Shown here: positions 12,610 to 26,924 of the stretch, piece by piece
How the letters are laid out: each line of letters opens with the position of its first letter
How positions within the stretch are numbered: position 1 is the first letter of the stretch
Origin: Octopus vulgaris
Taxonomy: Eukaryota
Assembly (NCBI GenBank): GCA_951406725.2
Contig: OX597823.1
Location: 57,908,001 to 57,972,000, forward strand
Reading direction: 5' to 3'
Length of the DNA: 64,000 nt
The notes under the pieces: model-generated
Seen by the model: the letters and a program-made list of their open reading frames with translations, nothing else
Databases searched by the model: none
What the model was told of the DNA's origin: nothing
Made by a program: the position numbers and the translations under genes

Positions 12610-13010
12610 TCTCACGTGTCTTGAATGGGCTGGAGTAATTCTATTTTGGATGTATTTGGGGTACTTAGTTGTGCTCATGACTTAGTGTTTTGCTTCTTCC
12701 ATGGGTATGAGTAAGTATCTCATTTATTTCTTTGCCACATTTATCACTGATGAAGGGAGGGTTCTTACGAACTAACCCTGAAATCGGTTCGATATGGTAA
12801 TAATGGAATTCTATGGAAATTTCTGTCGGCTTTTTTTGGAGTAGTGTGCGTATTGTGAAAAATTATATGGTAATGGACAATATGTCCAATTTTAGAAATG
12901 TTTGCGTTTGCCCTTATTTATAAGTTGTTTATAATTTTAACCTTTAAAGATATTTTTTAATATACTGGCCATTGATAAAATTTTTTTTTCGAAAGAATTT
13001 TATGCTACTT

Positions 13011-13015
<5 letters not shown>
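12610..13015 (+). mobile_element. ORF-less Penelope-like terminal fragment with hammerhead
   Basis: About 400 bp bounded by TA repeats, contains the canonical hammerhead at 12741-12800, T-rich 3' part. Confidence 0.6.
12741..12800 (+). ncRNA. Type I hammerhead ribozyme motif, fully paired
   Basis: UUAUCA-CUGAUGA-AGGG[AG GGUUC UUAC GAACU AA]CCCU-GAAA-UCG(GUU)CGA-UA-UGGUAA: 6-bp stem I with one GU pair, extended stem II, stem III UCG/CGA plus the A15.1-U16.1 pair; AUA cleavage after 12794. Confidence 0.9.
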
Positions 13016-13053
<38 letters not shown>

Positions 13054-13083
13054 ATTACTGCATAGATACACACACACGCACAC

Positions 13084-13125
<42 letters not shown>

Positions 13126-13510
13126 TATGTGTATAGATTCCAAAGAGGAGGAAGAAAAAGGGAGGGAATGATGAGGAGGGCTGAACTGTTAAATGAGTAT
13201 GTAAGCCATTGTCCTATTCCTTTCAGTTTAGTTATCCACGAGGAAATTTGTTGAAATTTCGAAGGAAAGTCTTCATTACGTTTGACAACAACGTGAGTTG
13301 TGCTTGAATACTTGTTTACATGAAGGAATACTGCTAAGGGCGCAAATCAAAATGACATGAAGCCAACTGTAATGTATAAATATCGCTGTCACTGTCTTCC
13401 TCTCTTACGTTCTCCATCTCTGTTGTAAAACATGTATGCATATGTATCTATAGGTACCTTAATGTATGTATGTTATGTATGTGTGTGTGTATATACATAT
13501 ATATATATAT

Positions 13511-13556
<46 letters not shown>

Positions 13557-13763
13557 AAGTAGAAGCAAGGAAAATGACCCTTATATTTGAATACTATGCA
13601 AATATTCTTTTAAAAAACTCTTCGTTTAATTTTTCCAAACTTTAATTGTTTTTCATACTTAGAATTGAAAAAGTCTCAATGACTGAGACCGATACTAAAA
13701 TGTTATTTATGATAAAATTATTCTAGCATTTTCTACCTTGATTTCTTTTCCTCATATACATAC

Positions 13764-13832
<69 letters not shown>

Positions 13833-14063
13833 CACACACAAATGTATATATATATGTAAATAAATATGCATTTATAAATGTATATCCGTACATGCATAAA
13901 TACTTATAGAGTTACGATAAACATATACAAGTATATATATATATATCATATATATATATATATACATGCTTGTGAGTATGTGTCCGTGCGCTTGTGCGTA
14001 TGTCTGTGTATTTGTGTTTGTATGTTCATATTTCTGCATATATAATTATATAAAATGTATGTT

Positions 14064-14115
<52 letters not shown>

Positions 14116-14150
14116 CATACATATATATATATATATACATATATAGATAC

Positions 14151-14216
<66 letters not shown>

Positions 14217-14397
14217 CTTGTATAATATTGACATGAAAACACATAAAATGCGCGCACACATACAGACACGCAGACACACAAACTCACACATGCTCATATT
14301 CTTTCTTTGTTTCTTATTTCTTTCTCGCTCCTCTCTCTCTCTCTGTCTATCTCTCAATTTCGTTCTCTCTCAGATTCACAAATCTGTAACAATTATG

Positions 14398-14428
<31 letters not shown>

Positions 14429-15182
14429 ACTAATCTTCTAATATTCTTGTATTCATATATTCTTCGGCATGCATTTCTTTCGTTTTAGGAATAACGAAAG
14501 GTTACATCAACTAAGTTGACCCAACTCCCTTTAAAATATTATTCGGACGTCGAGTTTACGGAGGAAGGTCATGCATTGCTAATGTCGAATGTCACTCAAA
14601 GAGAGCGCCAGTTATATTGATGTGGGCGTTCTTGACAAGATGGCTACCCCCACTATTGAAACACAAGCGCATCTGCAAGTCAACTCTAAAAGTATAGCTT
14701 ACATAGAAGTCGTTTGATTTCTCTTTTTATATATCATTTCCAATTACCTTTTTCTTTACACACAACTGCGTACACAGCTGCATGCTTTGTTGAGTTCAGA
14801 ATGAAAGACAGGCTTGTCTAAAACTGCGGCTCACTTAACGCTCATCGACATTGACTAACATTTAAAGACATATGTATGTGTGTTAGCGAATATGTATGTC
14901 TGTGTGCATATTGCTGTTAACATGTACGTAAATATGCGTGTGTTTATGCGCACACATATATATGCAGGTAATTGTCTTGTATTCTATAGGTTTATGTACA
15001 TTTACAAGCACACATATACGCACCTATATATGAATGTGCATACAAGAAGACATATATATATATATATATATATTCGTGCCCGCGCGCTTGCGTTTATATT
15101 TAACACGCGCACGCACTAGCACAACTGCAAACATACACACATATTGGGTATTTGTATGTTTGCCAGCTTATTTCATTGTTTA

Positions 15183-15225
<43 letters not shown>

Positions 15226-15350
15226 CTATCTGCCTATCTATACACACATATACAGAAAGATGTAGAGTGAGAGAGAGAAAGAGGGAGAGAGAGAGAGGTA
15301 ATAGTGTGTGTGTATAGACACTGTATATCATACAAATGTACGTGTGTGTA

Positions 15351-15395
<45 letters not shown>

Positions 15396-16033
15396 ATTTG
15401 TATGATATACAAAGTATATACATTCACACTCTTATCTGTCTCTCTCACTCTCACTCTCTCTCTCTCATATAATATATATATATATATATATATATAATGT
15501 ATAGATAGATATATAGATAATTAGATAGATATAGATAGACAGATAAATAGATAGGTAGACAAACACATAAAAAGATATAGACAGACAGACAGAGAGTCAG
15601 GCATAGATGTGTAGAGAGACAGGTAGATATACAGATAGACATATATTTACATAGATAAATAGATATATAGATAAATAGATAGATAGATAGGTAGATAAAT
15701 AGATAGATACATACATAGGTAGATAGATAGATAGGTATGCATGTATATTTTAAAGATTTGTGTGACAACATTTCTCTTTTATGAATACATGTACATTAGC
15801 TTGTTTTTACGCGTCAATTTACGGTAATATATACGTACACACGCACGCATATATACATATACATATACACGAACACACGCATTTGCACACACATACATAC
15901 GCATTTTCGTACACACATATATATATATATATACAAATATACATACTTATATACATACATATATGTATATAAATTTATATACATATATATAAGTATGTAT
16001 ATATATATGTATCAATGTACATATATATATATA

Positions 16034-16085
<52 letters not shown>

Positions 16086-16599
16086 ATACAATATAATATA
16101 ATATATATATATGTGTGTGTATGTATAATATATATATATAGCTGTGTGTGTGTATATACATATATATATATGTATTTATATACACACGCGCGATCTCACA
16201 TAAATATCCTTTTATTCATGTAATAAGTATTACTCCCTAATCGATCACTCACCGACCATGAACAACAAAACTTAGATGTCAGCTATAATAGTAACAATCG
16301 GAGGTGCTAAAGGACCATGTATTTAATACTGGAAATGAAAGTAAGACGTGGTAATGAAATAGCGTAAGATCTCTAAGTCCAAGCAAAACAATAACCACTC
16401 TGCAGCCATTAACTGTGGTCAGTAGCAATAACATGATAGAAAGAAACCTACGTTAACACGTATAAATCGAATAAATGGGCAATATCTTAGAAGACAGTCT
16501 AACGGACGTGTGGATGTCGAGGTTTGTGGGAGATAAGTCGAGGAAGTAGAGTAGACTATAAAGAAAGTAAAAGAAACATTATGAGGAATTATCGTTAAA

Positions 16600-17000
16600 A
16601 AAAATCCGGCTTAAAAAGGAGAAATAAAACGCTTAAGTGGGGTCAAAAGTGTAAAGCCTTTACGGGAAAAAAAAATTATAGAGGAAAATAAACGATAAAC
16701 AAATGAGAGAGTAAGTGTTAAGGAGAAAACCGCTAGGTGATAGGAAATTTGAGGAAGAGATAGGGAATAAAATGATATTGACGTTAGAAAACAGGCGTAC
16801 AAGGCCGGAAATTCAAAACACTAAAATTGCTGACCAATTTTATAACATTTTCTCTTGTATCACACAACGGCAGTAGGAGAGAATACAGAGAATTAGAGGG
16901 TTTCGAAAGGAGATAATTCTGGAACAAAATGGCGGTTTTCGTATTGGCTGTGGTTGGAAAGTTGGAATTATATTCCGTTATGAAATTACGATGAATTAGA
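16600..17000 (+). mobile_element. Highly degraded RTE-like LINE RT remnant
   Basis: TCTCTTGTATCACAC reads SLVSH (cf. NYRGISLLSH); CTGGAACAAAATGGCGGTTTTCGTATTGGCTGTGG reads LEQNGGFRIGCG (cf. EQCGFRKGRG). Confidence 0.4.
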
Positions 17001-17775
17001 ATATAAATTTCTAAATAAAATCTGCCCTCCAACCCTTAAGGTAAATGTCCTTTCATAAACGAATTTAGTGACTATAGCTATATAACGAAGAGAAAAGAAG
17101 GAAAATGCCACTTAATTATAATATAGTAATTGTAATTATTGCCTTCGTTCATTTGGAACGTATTTGTTTAATCGCCAAAGCACTCAAACATTACATTATC
17201 ATCTTTATATTATTACTGCTGTCTCTTTCGATCTATTCTCACTTTTTTCTCTTATAAATACATATACACAAACACAGACATAGACATACACACACACATA
17301 CATATATACGCATATATAATACCTATTCATATACATAACACACACATACACACACACACATAACTATTGAGCGATTTGTCATGTGTTGTTAAAGTGTTCT
17401 ATAAGATGTTTTATGATAAGTTTCCTAACTCACTGCGTTCTGAGTTCGAATACGGCCCAAATTAACTTTGTCGTTATAGATTTCATGTTTCAATATATGC
17501 AAAATGCAGTGGATGGGCGGGATTTTCTGAGTTCAAATCACAAAAGCATTCGCTGACAAAAAGAAAATTTACTTTATTTTAAGTTGTTCTAGTCTACGAT
17601 TCTAAAATAACTATGTCAGAAATTATCATACAACGTTTTCTCTTTCCATCTTCCTTTAGATCAAATTTGGGCAGGCCCCCGAGCTTCATTACGTCTGTTT
17701 GCGCCGAAATAGGTACCTAAACCAATTACCAAAAGTACAGTTCATGCTGCAAAGATATATATATTATATAAGTAC

Positions 17776-17816
<41 letters not shown>

Positions 17817-17821
<5 letters not shown>

Positions 17822-18952
17822 GTAAATTTTAAAAAATTATCGCACTTGCCCCATAACATATCATCATTATTCTCGACACACTGCTTTCTCTGCATGCGTA
17901 CTTATAGTTAGTAATATTGTGGTCACCTGATCGAACTTTGAACCTGATCGCGCCATTTTCTTCCTCCTTTACAGTGTAACCATGGCCTCTCCACTAGCAA
18001 TGTGCACCATAGAGGAAATAAGAGCAGTGAACCGATTTCCCTGGAAAAGGGGTGTACGATCAACAGTGCAAGATACAGTGCTTTGCTGGCCAACAAACTG
18101 AAGCCAGCAATTCGCACCAAACGCCGAAGCCTGTTGTCGAAGACAGTTTTGTTGTTGCATGACAATGCACACTCAGAAACGGCCGCCAAGACCCTTGAAA
18201 CCAGTAGCGTAAATAGAGAGAGGTCAAAAGGGGCACGTGTCCCGGGCGCCGATTGAAGGCGGGCGGCTCATCAAAAGCAAGAAAGATGAATCTTTAAGCA
18301 ATTGTATTTTGTTTATTACATTTCATTTAACACATTAAGCTTTTTAGTGTTTCAATTGAGGAAGCTGGTGCATTAAACGGTTAAAATAAGGGGATTTCGG
18401 GAAAGTAAACATCCAAAAAATGTGTTTTGAACTACAGTCTGTACCGAATCGACCGGCTAAACGAACCCTGGTAAAATATTTATTCGTAAAATTTTGCTTC
18501 AAAACATTAATTACTTGTAACAAATAAGTACTATATAATATCGTGGATTTTGTGATGGTGTGGGGGCGCATTTTTGCAGCTTGCCTCGGGTACGGTTTAA
18601 CCTAACTACGCCGCTGGTTGAAACCATTCACCAATTGGGTTGCAGGCGCTAGAACACTCTGCGCACAGCTCGTTCTCTCCCCTTGCGACTATTATATATT
18701 CGGACTGCTCAGAGATGGTTTACGAGGTCATCGATCTCCTAGGGATGGTGATGTGAAGGAAGTGGTGCAAAAATGGTTGCACGAACAACACAAAGCCCTT
18801 CTTCTTGGAGGGAATACGTAAGTCTCGTGGCCTGCTGGATCAAGTGCACTGGGAAGGAAGGAGACTATATAGAAAAATGACGTAATTTATCCCCTGCTTT
18901 TGTGTAAATATATTGAAAAAAGAAGAGTGAGCATAATTTTTATCTCTCCCTC

Positions 18953-18955
<3 letters not shown>
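17817..18955 (+). mobile_element. Internally deleted mariner transposon interrupted by a hAT MITE
   Basis: MASPLAMCTIEE.RAVNRF start; LEKGCTINSARYSALL..LLLHDNAHSETAAKTLET|ETIHQLG; LSPCDYYIFGLLRDGLRG..VKEVVQKWL. Right end CCCTCG|TA; left TIR AAAAATTATCGCACT. Confidence 0.9.
18202..18616. mobile_element. hAT-type MITE with 8-bp target-site duplication
   Basis: TSD CTTGAAAC (18194-18201) / GTTGAAAC (18617-18624). Termini CAGTAGCGTAAATAG and CTAACTACGCCGCTG are imperfect 15-bp TIRs. Confidence 0.85.
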
Positions 18956-19014
<59 letters not shown>

Positions 19015-19674
19015 CTAGGTTCTTTGGCTGCTATTTCTAAAGTTCGATATGTGGTGAAGCAAACTCTTTTGCTGAACCGTAATTATAATTATACTCATAA
19101 TTATAAAATATATTGTTTAAGTTAACCGAAAAAGGTCCTTTTAACATGCCGAGTACTACTTCTCAATTTAATCAAAGATTTGATTTCTGTGCATTTTTGA
19201 GTACGATTCGGTAGCATGTTTACTGACTCGCTAACGTATCTTTCCTAGGTAGAATCATCAGAAGTGAAGAAAAATGGGTTCACCTAATCACATTTAATGA
19301 AAACTACAATGATTAGAATGCGATGAGAAAAGAGAATTCATCCCCCAACCAGGACCATACCTGTAAAATGTTATGCTCTGGAACGGATGAAATATGAACG
19401 TCATCGCCTGTCATGGAGGGTTAAGCGAAAACGAAACAGATAATGCGAAGAAATACAGTCGTCAATCGGAAGCCTTCCTCAGAAATTTATAGAAAATATG
19501 TCCATGCTTGATCTAGCGTGAAAGGAATTTGCTCTTATACGATAATGAAGTACCACATATTTCCCAGGTTATGGCGGAAAAGATTATGGCATTAAATAAG
19601 TGAGTTTTGCCTCATATTCTTTACTCTCCTGATTTTTTCCTAGCTGACTATCAACTTCTCAGATCATAGTCATA

Positions 19675-19877
19675 TTGGTTTCAAATTTTGGCAGAAGGCC
19701 AACAATTTTGGAAGGGAGGTAAATCGATCACATCGATCTCAGTGCTCAACTGGTAATTATTTTATCGACCCCAAACTGATGAAAGACAAAGTCGACCTCG
19801 GTGGAATTTGAACTCAGAGTGCATGGACAGTAAGCATTTTGCCGGCGTGCTAACAATTCTGCCACCTCACCGCCTTC
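19675..19877 (-). mobile_element. SINE family A
   Basis: AAAGTCGACCTCGGTGGAATTTGAACTCAGA..CCGGCGTGCTAAC.ATTCTGCCA.CTCACCGCC is the reverse complement of the family A head. Confidence 0.9.
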
Positions 19878-19919
19878 AGTTTATTTATTATGAAAAGATT
19901 AAAAATTATGTTAAACCTA

Positions 19920-20067
19920 GGCGTAGGAGAGGCTGTGTGGTAAGTAGCTTGCTTACCAACCACATGTTTCCGGGTTCAGACTGTCTTCTACTATAGCCTC
20001 GGGTTGACCAAAGCCTTGCGAGTAGATTTGGTAGACGGAAACTGAAAGTAGCCCATCGTATATATGC

Positions 20068-20101
<34 letters not shown>

Positions 20102-20326
20102 ATGTGTTTGTGTGTATGTGTTTGTCTCCCCAGCATCGCTTGACAACCGATGGTGCTGTGTTTACGTCGCCTTAACTTAGCGGTTCGGCAAAAGAAACCG
20201 ATAGAATAAGTACTAGGCTTACAAAGAATAAGTCATGGGGTCGATTTGCTCGACTAAAGGCGGTGCTCCAGCATGGCCGCAGTCAAGTGACTGAAATAAG
20301 TAAATAAGTATAAGAGTAAAAAGAGT
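19920..20326 (+). mobile_element. SINE family B, near full-length
   Basis: tRNA-like head GGCTGTGTGGTAAG (A-box-like) and GGGTTCAG (B-box-like), internal TA/TG microsatellite, 3' tail (AAGAGTAA)n. Confidence 0.92.
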
Positions 20327-20545
20327 AACCTAAAATATTAAACCTAAAATATTATATAAACCTAAAATATTTCATGTCTAAGAGATCAATAATTTGTCAA
20401 ATAGATGGTATATTGGTTATCAATGATGAAGGGCTAATTTTGTGATCAAATAAATCAATCAACGCATAGGAACAATTTGTTTCTTCCTTGTCTCAAAATA
20501 CAAACGACACTCACTTTCCAACCGAACGTACGCCTTCACTGTCTC

Positions 20546-20763
20546 TACTCTATTTACTCTTTTACTCTTTTACTTGTTTCAGTCATTTGACTGCGGCCAT
20601 ACTGGAGCACCGCCTTTAATCGAGCAACTCGACCCCGGGACTTATTCTTTGTAAGCCCAGTACTTATTCTATCGGTCTCTTTTGACGAACCGCTAAGTGA
20701 CGGGGACATAAACACACCAGCATCGGTTGTCAAGCAATGCTAGGGGGGACAAACACAGACACA

Positions 20764-20828
<65 letters not shown>

Positions 20829-20991
20829 GTCGGGCTTCTTTCAGTTTCCGTCTACCAAATCCACTCACAAGGCTTTGGTCGGCCCGAGGCTATAGTAGAA
20901 GACACTTGCCCAAGGTGCCGCGCAGTGGGACTGAACCCGGAACCATGTGGTTGGTAAACAAGCTACTTACCACACAGCCACTCCTGCGCCT
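20546..20991 (-). mobile_element. SINE family B, full-length
   Basis: Reverse complement of the 19920 copy, including the CAGTCCCACTGCGCGGCACCTTGGGCAAG segment; tail (TTTTACTC)n. Confidence 0.95.
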
Positions 20992-21325
20992 AAAATACTC
21001 GCATTAAATACAAGTAAAAGGATTCTTCAAAATAAAGCTCTCAAAAGTAAAGACAGGAAATGTGTATGAAAGCAGTTTTGAGGCAGAACCTATGGTTCAC
21101 AAGTATTCCAATCTTCTTGTTCATGCTTGTCACAGGATATTTAACTACGGATATTTGGAGAGCGACACTCGTGTCGTACTTCATTATAACTCACAGAGAT
21201 ACATATGTCTCATTAATGAGAAGGCTATTATCTGACGAGATGAAGCAGTACACACAAACACAAATATGTGTCTGTACGTACTGGTGTATGTATACAAATA
21301 TCTATGTATGTGTTAATGCATGTAT

Positions 21326-21373
<48 letters not shown>

Positions 21374-21388
21374 GAATATATATATGTA

Positions 21389-21434
<46 letters not shown>

Positions 21435-21473
21435 CATGTATATATGTATGTATGTATACATATATATGTATAC

Positions 21474-21545
<72 letters not shown>

Positions 21546-21561
21546 ACATATATATGTATAC

Positions 21562-21633
<72 letters not shown>

Positions 21634-22245
21634 GGATGTATACACGCACACACAAACACATTCGCCCACACACTGGTGTGTGAAGTAATATGGAAGCGGC
21701 GAATATGTCAAAAAGAATTTCTAGCTTAACAGTTACGAGTTCAATTCTCAAACAGTCAACATCATCCTAGTGACCTCGCTCTCGAGTTGCGGGTGTTTTC
21801 CACAAGCCCTTGAAATGCCTGTGTTTTCAAAGAATGAACGCATTAAACTGATTCATTTCATGAAAATACAATCCAATAGACCCATTTGAGTTTCCTATAA
21901 TGAGCTTATGGCCGCAATCGCACGTATAACACGGAAACACTTACATAAAGATTAAGAAAAAGGACACTCAAAGAGCACAATCCTCCGCCAAAGCAACACC
22001 ATAGTCCTCTCAACGATTAGCCGGAGATGTTTTTTTTCAAATGAGAATATCTAAAATAAACTTAACTGCTCTCAGAAACGAGAAACTAAATATTAACCCG
22101 ATCGCTCTCAAAAATTAAGTAAAAAAAAACAAAGAAACAAAAAGCAGAAAATTTATCCAGAATCCCTGTCCGGTCCGGAACCTGCAGCAAATTCTCCCTC
22201 TTTCTTTCACACTGTTACACCCAGTATACACACATATGCAGTTAC

Positions 22246-22281
<36 letters not shown>

Positions 22282-22402
22282 AGCGTGTGTGTGTGTTTGT
22301 GTGTGTGTGCATGTATATATGTATACATATTACATAACCGTATTCTATGCATATCTAATATATAGATATATGTGTGTGTATTCACACACATACACACACA
22401 TA

Positions 22403-22450
<48 letters not shown>

Positions 22451-22479
22451 CACATAATAGCTTCAAATTCTGTCATTGA

Positions 22480-22650
22480 GCCAGTTATTTGCGAGGGAAG
22501 TGGGAATTCGATAACATTCACTCCAGTAGCTTGACTGGAGCTTATCTTATCGACCTCGAAAAAACAAAATCGACCTTAAGAGAATTCCAGCTCAGAGAAT
22601 AAGACAGACGAAACGCCACTAACCTAACGTTCCTTCCAGCTCGACACCTT
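22480..22650 (-). mobile_element. SINE family A, diverged
   Basis: TTATCGACC..AAAATCGACCT..GAATT..AGCTCAGA..CCAGCTCG. Confidence 0.65.
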
Positions 22651-23148
22651 ATACGCGATAAAAATACACTCTTGCATACCATATTTATCAATATCAAAAC
22701 CAAAATTTCGACTGTAAACATTTACTTCATAATTCTAGACGTAATAAACTCCTACCGAGTTATTTATGTGCTCATTCATGCGGAACGATACATGTTAGTA
22801 TTGTTAGTATATATGGGTCCTTATTTATCACAGTCTTGGTACATATGTCACTACAAGATTTAATATCCGAGTGGAAATACCTGAAAATACATAATCAGGA
22901 TAATGCAGAGAAAATAAACTTACGTAAATTATATGTATGCGTAAGTCTGTCTATGTACGCATTTGTGTATCTTTTGTGCGCATATATGCATGCATACATG
23001 TATATAAATATATGCATACATACATATGTAAGTATGCATGTATACACGTATGTATAGTGTATATATATCTATATATTTACTGTCTCTCTCTCCTTCTCTC
23101 TCTATATATATGTATATGCCTACATGTACATGTGTGTATGTATATGTA

Positions 23149-23190
<42 letters not shown>

Positions 23191-23295
23191 TACATATATA
23201 TATATATGTATATATATATATATTTCCACATATACACACACACATTCACACATGTCCAGTTATGTATGTAGTTTTTATACATACGTGTGTAAGAT

Positions 23296-23358
<63 letters not shown>

Positions 23359-23683
23359 ATATATATATATATACACACACATGTATGAAGTTTTAGACCC
23401 ACACAGACAAACACATATATGTATTTACAAACACACACACACATGCGTACATACACACGTACAAACAGAAAAACGCACACGCCTAAACACACACATATAT
23501 ATATATGTGTGTGTGTGTGTGCGTTTATATGTATATATATATATATATATATGATTTATATAATAATACAGAGAAAATATACTTACGTAAATTTCACACA
23601 CACGCACAAACACACACAGATATATATATATGTATATATACATACATACTCGCAATATACACATATATATGCACACACATGTT

Positions 23684-23741
<58 letters not shown>

Positions 23742-23742
23742 A

Positions 23743-23789
<47 letters not shown>

Positions 23790-24254
23790 GCATATATATA
23801 TGCGTGTGCAGCTACTTGTGCGCATCACCAGTACAGCAACAACAACAACACTAGCAACAACAACAACACTAGCAACAACAGCAACAGCTACAAACAACAA
23901 CAACAACAACGGCAATAACAATACAATGAAGATGGAGTAATGTGAGTGTTTGGACATAAAGCAAAATTGGATAATTATAAGAAACTATAAATTTAACTTC
24001 AGTTGTTGAATTCGATGTTTATAACGCCCCAAGTGACTGTATGCGTGATTGTATATCATCATTTCTCCTCATATAATTGATATCTTCAACAGACATTAAC
24101 ACTCCACAGGTGCTCTTATTACCTCCTTCAACCTGTACAGAACATTGAAGATGTGTGTGTGTATATATATGTATACACACACACACACATGCACACAGGT
24201 ATATATAAATTTATATATATATATATATCTATATATATATATATATCTATATCT

Positions 24255-24298
<44 letters not shown>

Positions 24299-24309
24299 TA
24301 TTCATATAT

Positions 24310-24372
<63 letters not shown>

Positions 24373-24506
24373 TATATATATACATATATATATAACTATA
24401 TAAATGCTGAAATACACAAATGCCTAACTGATTATCAATATGTAAGTGTGGAAGCATGTAGATACGCGTATATGTATATATGTATATATAAATGAATGCT
24501 TGTGTG

Positions 24507-24540
<34 letters not shown>

Positions 24541-25160
24541 TGTATGTATATACACGTTTACATACATACACATACACACTCACACACGCACACACATAGA
24601 CACATATACTCTACGATATATATATCTTAGATGGACAGACAGACAGTCTCATACAGAGATAGATAAATACATAGATAGATAATTCTAAGAATTGCTTGTG
24701 ATACGCAATGCATACATAAATACATATACAAGCATAGGAATGTGTGCATGTGTGCATACGTGCGTGCTAAGCTATATATATATACATATATATATACATA
24801 TACATATATATGCATATACATGTATATATATATATGTATGTATATAAACATATATGTATGTACACACATGCATATATATATATATACACACTTATGATTG
24901 TATACATATATCAGTATAATGCTGAATACATATATCAGTGGAAATTATCTCTAAATATAATAATTGGGTGTAGAAACCTATATACTTATGTATGGTTTCG
25001 CTTGTCTCTACGTTATGTTTATATGTAATCGTTTTGCGTATCTTTATATAAGCCTGTATGTGTATGTATACGCTACTCGTCTGGTGATATCCATATCGAT
25101 GTATTTGTATATTAGGGAGCATGTTGCTATACTCCAACTCTGTGTGTGAAGTGTGTGAAC

Positions 25161-25214
<54 letters not shown>

Positions 25215-25377
25215 GTATATATATATGTGTGTGTGTGTATGTATATATATATGTATATATATATGTATATATATATGTATATATATATATATATATATAT
25301 GTAATATGTATATATTATATATATGTATATATACACACATGTATGTATTTGTATGTATATATATATGTATGTATATG

Positions 25378-25436
<59 letters not shown>

Positions 25437-25506
25437 GTATATATATATATATGTATGTATATATATATATGAATATGTATGTATATATATATATATATGT
25501 ACATGT

Positions 25507-25543
<37 letters not shown>

Positions 25544-25719
25544 GTATATGTATATATATATATATGTATATATGTATATATGTATGTATATGTATATATA
25601 TATATGTATATATATATGTGTATATATATATACATACATAATTATATATACATATATACACACATATATATATATATATATATATACATATATTTACACA
25701 CACACATACACACACACAC

Positions 25720-25770
<51 letters not shown>

Positions 25771-26589
25771 ATATACACATACATGCATATACACATGCGG
25801 ATATATTTACGTACATACACATAGCGTTCTGACGTATAATGTGCGCATTTGCGTGATTCTTCCAATATACTGTTTGCTTGTATATATTTCATGTGTGTAT
25901 TTACAGCCTTGTTTTTGTGTGCTTTAAATTTGCCAGATAGAAGAAAGTTTAAGAAGAAAATAGGCAAACATTGAAAAAGAGACCGAGCCGTCCAGGAATG
26001 GGTGGAAGGTGTTCACACGAAAGAAAATTGCCAAAATAAATTGCATGACTTGAAATAATTATTAAAATATAATTCTTCCGTCCGACGTTATTGGCAACAG
26101 TTTGGCTCACTGGCATTGCATTAGGTCAGTAATCTTGTGTTTGTGGCCATTATTTCTCATCGAACATATCTACTTTACGTGTATCCGAAACGCCCCCGAG
26201 AACATTTTGTCATTATTGTGTATACATACCTCTGACATGCTCATGCAAACACACACACACACACACATACAACATACACACACACACACACACTCTCTCT
26301 CTCTCTCTCTCTCTCTCTCATACACACAATACTCATGCGCACAGAAATAAATATTTAAATAATAATAATGATATACACTCACACAAATATATACATACAT
26401 ATATATATATACATGCATGCATGCATACATACGCAATTGTGTATGTATGTGAATTTTCTCTTCTTAGCTGTCATTCGTAATCCTAGCTCCTGTGTCGCAG
26501 GAAATTTTTATTATGAAACACCCACACACAGACACACACACAGACACACACACACATGCACACGTATATATATATATGTGTGTGTGTAT

Positions 26590-26897
26590 ATAAAGGGAAA
26601 GTTTACGAAAATAAACAAAAGACGTAAGCAGGTGAAGTACAAACAAACAAATGTATTAGTATAGCGCTCAGGAATAGAAAAAGTCTTTTACGTTTCGAGC
26701 CTACGCTCTTCGACGGAAAGATACACAGAAAAAAAACAAGGAGAGAAACAAGGAGAGAAAAAAAGGAGAAAAAAAAGAGAGATACAAACAAGGAGAGAAA
26801 CAAGGAGAGAAAAAAGGAGAGAAAAAAAGAGAGAAAAAAACAAGGAGAGAAACAAGGTGAGAAAAAATGCGTGTAGTAGCTAACGATCTATCATGGC
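26590..26897 (-). mobile_element. Penelope-like terminal repeat family P3 with hammerhead-like fold (26685-26720) and an internal AAACAAGGAGAG minisatellite
   Basis: Minus strand CUUU-CCGUCGA-A-GAGC(GUAG)GCUC-GAAA-CG-UA-AAAG. Homologous copies at 56920-57095 (-) and 60220-60390 (+). Confidence 0.65.
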
Positions 26898-26924
26898 GTC
26901 CTGAATTCGGACAATGTGTGTGTT

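Noticed and set aside
13662-13702. Possible decayed hammerhead (TTGAAAA-AGTCTCA..TGAGAC-CGATAC)
   Set aside because: A good hairpin in a TA-flanked island, but both core halves are mismatched; cannot be supported from one copy.
19228-19265. CUGAUGA..GAUACGUUA on the minus strand
   Set aside because: GAAA is replaced by GAUA and stems I and II pair poorly.
21060-25967. Long ORFs of up to 268 aa rich in YI/CV/HT
   Set aside because: Translations of (TA)n/(TG)n microsatellites, which lack stop codons; not genes.
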